From NCBI RefSeq assembly GCF_030384885.1, contig NZ_CP128613.1: a stretch of 64,000 nucleotides of DNA. The stretch is one strand, 5' to 3'. A program made the position numbers and the translations under genes. The notes beneath the pieces were generated by a model. The model was not told the DNA's origin, did not search any database, and worked only from the letters and a program-made list of their open reading frames with translations. Of this stretch, positions 60,125 to 64,000 are shown piece after piece (positions within the stretch are counted from its first letter, which is position 1; each line of letters opens with the position of its first letter). The stretch comes from Escherichia coli. GTDB lineage: Bacteria; Pseudomonadota; Gammaproteobacteria; Enterobacterales; Enterobacteriaceae.

Positions 60125-62664
60125 GCGTTGTCCTCCACCAGAGTTACCGGGATACGTTCATACGGCGTTGCCGGACGGTGCTGTTCGCGCTCTGGCACCA
60201 TCTGCACGTTCGGGTCACGCTTATCGCTGTTGATGAAGTGTTTGAAGCGAGTCTGCGCAGACGGCGTATTGACCGTTTCAGTCCACTCACACACTACCGC
60301 TTCACGCAGGCGCGCCATCTCTTCTTCCAGATGTGCGTTCAGCCCCAGCTTGTCGTCAATGATCACCGCTTTCAGGTAATCGATGCCGCCTTCGAGGTTT
60401 TCTAACCACGGTGCGGTACGCGTCAGTTTGTCGGCAGTACGGATGTAGAACATCATGAAGCGGTCAAGATATTTGATCAGCGTTTCGCGATCGATATCCG
60501 CTGCCAGCAGATCCGCATGACGCGGTTTCATGCCGCCGTTACCGCACACATACAGGTTCCAGCCTTTTTCAGTGGCGATAATACCCACATCTTTACCCTG
60601 AGCTTCTGAACATTCACGGGTACAGCCGGAGACACCGAACTTCATTTTGTGCGGCGTACGGATGCCTTTGTAGCGGTTTTCCAGTTCCACGCCGAGGCCG
60701 ACGCTGTCGCCAACGCCGTAGCGGCACCAGGTGCTACCCACGCAGGTTTTCGCCATACGCAGTGCTTTCGCATACGCATGACCGGTTTCGAAACCTGCTT
60801 CAATCAGCTGACGCCAGATCTCCGGCAGATCGTCTTTCTGTGCGCCAAACATCGCCAGACGCTGGGAGCCGGTGATTTTGGTGTAGAGATTAAATTCACG
60901 CGCGATACGACCCACTGCCATCAGCCCTTCTGGGGTGATTTCACCACCCGGAGAACGCGGGATCACCGAGTAGGTACCGTCTTTCTGGATGTTAGCGAGG
61001 AAGTTGTCGTTAGAATCCTGCAGCGGAGTATGTTCCGGCTTCAGAATGTATTCGTTCCAGCAGGAGGCCAGCAGCGAACCGACGGTCGGTTTACAAACCT
61101 CACAACCGTAGCCTTTACCGTGTTTCGCCAGCAGTTCTTCGAAGGTTTTAATGCCTTCAACGCGGATCAAATGGAACAGTTCCTGACGCGAATAAGCAAA
61201 GTGTTCGCACAGGTTATTGTTAACTTCGATACCCTGTTTTGCCAGTTCCGCGTTCAGTACCTGAGTGACCAGCGGGATACAGCCACCGCAGCCAGTACCC
61301 GCTTTGGTTTCGGCTTTCAGCGCCGCAACGGTGTGGCAGCCTTTGTTGATGGCAGCAATCAGATCGCCTTTGGTGACGTCGAAGCAGGAGCAGATTTGCG
61401 CGCTGTCCGGCAGTTTATCAACACCGATAGACGGCTTGCCGCTACCTGAGTGCGCCGGCAGGATCAGGGAATCCGGGTTTTCCGGCAGTTCGATTGCGTT
61501 CAGCACCAGTTGCAGCAGGTTACCGTAGTCGCTGGTATCACCCACCAGTACTGCACCGAGCAGGGTTTTGTTGTCTTCGCTGACAATCAGGCGTTTGTAG
61601 ATCTCTTTACTTTCGTCGAGGTAAACGTAGCTACGTGCGCCAGGCGTGCGACCGTGAGCATCGCCAATACCGCCTACGTCTACGCCCAGCAATTTCAGCT
61701 TGGCGCTAAGGTCAGCACCTTCAAAGGCGTTTTCGCTACCGAGAATATGGTCAACGGCGACCTGCGCCATTTTGTAGCCAGGTGCTACCAGACCAAATAC
61801 ACGGTTGTTCCAGCTTGCGCATTCGCCGATGGCGTAGATATCTGGATCGGAAGTCTGGCAGGAATCATTAATGACGATACCCCCACGCGGAGCAACGTCC
61901 AGACCACACTGAGTTGCCAGCTTATCGCGCGGACGGATACCGGTAGAGAAGACGATAAAGTCGACTTCCAGTTCGCTGCCGTCGGCAAAACGCATGGTTT
62001 TACGCGCTTCAACACCTTCCTGCACAATCTCAAGGGTGTTTTTGCTGGTGTGAACGCGCACGCCCATACTTTCGATTTTGCGACGCAGCTGCTCGCCACC
62101 CATCTGATCAAGCTGTTCCGCCATCAGCATAGGGGCAAATTCGATAACGTGGGTTTCAATGCCTAAGTTTTTCAGCGCGCCAGCGGCTTCCAGACCTAAC
62201 AGGCCGCCGCCAACAACGGCACCGCGCTTACTGCGACGGGCGCAGGATTCAATGGCGTTGAGGTCTTCAATGGTGCGATAGACAAAGCAGTCCTGAGTAT
62301 CAGAACCTTTGATTGGCGGGATCCACGGATAGGAACCGGTCGCCATGATCAGCTTGTCATAAAAAACGGTACGTCCGGCGCTGGAGTGAATCACCTTCTC
62401 CTGACGGTTGATGGTGATAGCGCGTTCGCCGACCAGAACTTTAATACCGTGTTTCTCGTAGAAGCCTTCGCGCACCAGCGACAGCTCTTCGGCGGTGTGG
62501 TGAGAGAAGTAAGACGAGAGGTGTACGCGGTCATAAGCGATGCGCGGTTCTTCACAGAAAACGGTAATATCAAAGTTGGCCGCATCAGATTTATCAAGAA
62601 GATCTTCGATAAAGCGATGGCCGACCATACCGTTACCGATAATTGCGAGTCTGACTTTGCTCAT
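60121..62664 (-). CDS. nirB: Nitrite reductase (NADH) large subunit
   Basis: 847 aa; MSKVRLAIIGNGMVGHRFIEDLLDKSD...; stop overlaps the nirD start. Confidence 0.97.
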   Translation of the reverse strand: MSKVRLAIIGNGMVGHRFIEDLLDKSDAANFDITVFCEEPRIAYDRVHLSSYFSHHTAEELSLVREGFYEKHGIKVLVGERAITINRQEKVIHSSAGRTVFYDKLIMATGSYPWIPPIKGSDTQDCFVYRTIEDLNAIESCARRSKRGAVVGGGLLGLEAAGALKNLGIETHVIEFAPMLMAEQLDQMGGEQLRRKIESMGVRVHTSKNTLEIVQEGVEARKTMRFADGSELEVDFIVFSTGIRPRDKLATQCGLDVAPRGGIVINDSCQTSDPDIYAIGECASWNNRVFGLVAPGYKMAQVAVDHILGSENAFEGADLSAKLKLLGVDVGGIGDAHGRTPGARSYVYLDESKEIYKRLIVSEDNKTLLGAVLVGDTSDYGNLLQLVLNAIELPENPDSLILPAHSGSGKPSIGVDKLPDSAQICSCFDVTKGDLIAAINKGCHTVAALKAETKAGTGCGGCIPLVTQVLNAELAKQGIEVNNNLCEHFAYSRQELFHLIRVEGIKTFEELLAKHGKGYGCEVCKPTVGSLLASCWNEYILKPEHTPLQDSNDNFLANIQKDGTYSVIPRSPGGEITPEGLMAVGRIAREFNLYTKITGSQRLAMFGAQKDDLPEIWRQLIEAGFETGHAYAKALRMAKTCVGSTWCRYGVGDSVGLGVELENRYKGIRTPHKMKFGVSGCTRECSEAQGKDVGIIATEKGWNLYVCGNGGMKPRHADLLAADIDRETLIKYLDRFMMFYIRTADKLTRTAPWLENLEGGIDYLKAVIIDDKLGLNAHLEEEMARLREAVVCEWTETVNTPSAQTRFKHFINSDKRDPNVQMVPEREQHRPATPYERIPVTLVEDNA

Positions 62665-62722
62665 TTTTGCCTCGATTTCTTTTCTATTACCGCTTACCTT
62701 AACGATTCAGCAACCCCGCTTA

Positions 62723-62736
62723 TTGATGTAAATCAA
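62723..62736 (-). promoter_or_regulatory. FNR binding site of the nirB promoter
   Basis: TTGAT-gtaa-ATCAA is a perfect match to the FNR consensus, about 65 bp upstream of the nirB ATG. Confidence 0.85.
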
Positions 62737-62749
62737 ATTCACCTTTATA

Positions 62750-62765
62750 TACTCCTTAAGGGGTA
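62750..62765 (-). promoter_or_regulatory. NarL/NarP 7-2-7 heptamer pair of the nirB promoter
   Basis: Minus strand reads TACCCCT-TA-AGGAGTA, two inverted TACYYMT heptamers with 2 bp spacing, immediately upstream of the FNR site. Confidence 0.7.
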
Positions 62766-62925
62766 TATTGCTGATTTGTATAAATTTTCTTAAGTCACGG
62801 AATTGTCTGACATTTCATTCGTGTGCAAAAAATAGACAAAATGAAAGGGTTTATAGAAATAGACGTACGTAGCGGGGTAAGTGAGGAAAAGGCCGGACGA
62901 CGATAGCGCCGCCCGGCATGAGCAA

Positions 62926-64000
62926 TTAATGAGAGGTCAGGGTGTTATGCTGACGGTGACGGCTGACGAAACCTAACAGGAAGCACATCACAAAGACGAC
63001 AGCGTACAGACCGTTTGCCGTCAGCAGCGCCGCCTTTGGACCGCTATGTTCAACAATCGGGCCGGTAACGACAAAGGTCAGCATGGTACCGATGGTCCCG
63101 CAGGTCAGGACAAAGTTAACCAGTTTTGGTGACGGTACTTTGGTTTGCTGTGAACCCAGGGTGATGATGGTGGTATAGATCGCGCTGGAGAAGAAGCCCA
63201 GGGCGAGAATTGACCACGCCATATGTGCCGGTGTTCCGGTGTTAAAGACGTACATCAGAATCGCAGCCAGACCGGCCAGTACGGTCAGAATACGTTGCAA
63301 ATCAAAGAAGCGAAGAATAAAGCTGAACGCCCACATGCCGACCATATATGACATCCAGAAGTTACTCACCAGCGTACCTGCGTCGTTCAGGCTCATGCCC
63401 AGGCCTTTGGCATACTCTGGTACCCAGGAGATAAAACCTAACTGACCGAGGATGTAGCACAGCGCTGCAATTGAGAGAAACAGTACGCCGATGCCCCATT
63501 TTTCTTTCGCTACTGGAGCATCCGTTTTTGGCGCATGTTTGCCCAGTGCCGGAAACTCACAGCCGAAGGTCAGAATAAAAATAGCGACGTAAACCAGCCC
63601 GATGCAGGCATAAACCCAGTACCACTCAATGCTGCGCGCCAGCAGAAACGCGGCGATCATTGGGAAAATCATCCCTGCCATACTGAAGAAGGAGTCGGTA
63701 AATAACAGGCGAGAACCGCGCTGACGCCCTTCATACATTTGTGTTATCAGGAATGTACCAATCGACATGGTGATGCCGCTGACCACCCCGAGAATGAACA
63801 TCGCTGCCGAGAAAAGCGCCAGGCTATGGCTGAACATCAAACCGGCAACCGCCAGCACCATCAGGAGAAAGCCAAAACGTAACTGCGTTTTCAACGGGAC
63901 GATTTCCATCAGCCAGGCATTGAGGAAGATAGAGATTAAAATGCCAGCATTGAGGAAGGTGAAGGTGTTACTCATACTGGAAACAGGCAGATTGAAATAA
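62926..64000 (-). CDS. tsgA: Putative MFS transporter TsgA, C-terminal part; the 5' end extends beyond the window end
   Basis: Reading frame is open to the window edge; in-window translation ...[36 protein letters not shown]... matches an internal region of remembered TsgA, so the ATG at 63975 is internal. Confidence 0.85.
   Translation of the reverse strand, partial: YFNLPVSSMSNTFTFLNAGILISIFLNAWLMEIVPLKTQLRFGFLLMVLAVAGLMFSHSLALFSAAMFILGVVSGITMSIGTFLITQMYEGRQRGSRLLFTDSFFSMAGMIFPMIAAFLLARSIEWYWVYACIGLVYVAIFILTFGCEFPALGKHAPKTDAPVAKEKWGIGVLFLSIAALCYILGQLGFISWVPEYAKGLGMSLNDAGTLVSNFWMSYMVGMWAFSFILRFFDLQRILTVLAGLAAILMYVFNTGTPAHMAWSILALGFFSSAIYTTIITLGSQQTKVPSPKLVNFVLTCGTIGTMLTFVVTGPIVEHSGPKAALLTANGLYAVVFVMCFLLGFVSRHRQHNTLTSH

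Noticed and set aside
60649-62166. 266 aa and 238 aa plus-strand ORFs inside nirB
   Set aside because: Antisense to nirB.

Overview
This window is Escherichia coli/Shigella-type core chromosome, in reverse orientation relative to the K-12 map, running rtcR through malT-malPQ, gntT, feoABC, tex, ompR-envZ, pckA, mrcA, hofMNOPQ, the aroK-trpS operon, yhfZ-yhfS, cysG-nirCDB to tsgA. Gene identities come from reading the supplied translations against remembered E. coli proteins; no search was run. Where the ORF track began at an upstream in-frame start, I trimmed the start to the recognised protein N-terminus. Two departures from the K-12 layout stand out. (1) A roughly 2.65 kb AT-richer insertion lies between the convergent envZ and pckA genes (about 24731-27383). 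It carries three same-strand, tightly coupled ORFs: a SMI1/KNR4 (SUKH-1)-like protein with a long helical C-terminal extension, a small protein with a SUKH-like C-terminal signature, and a two-TM YcxB-like membrane protein. No toxin, integrase or transposase is visible. This is the best candidate for an undescribed system, most plausibly an orphan immunity or defence-type module, but function is inferred, not demonstrated. (2) yhfS and yhfL are adjacent, so the fructoselysine operon frlABCDR that separates them in K-12 appears absent. No rRNA, tRNA or CRISPR array was recognised. Regulatory motifs (sigma-54 promoter for rtcBA, FNR and NarL sites at nirB, FNR and Fur-like sites at feoA, GntR operators at gntT, MalT boxes at malP) and several REP/terminator hairpins were read directly from the sequence.
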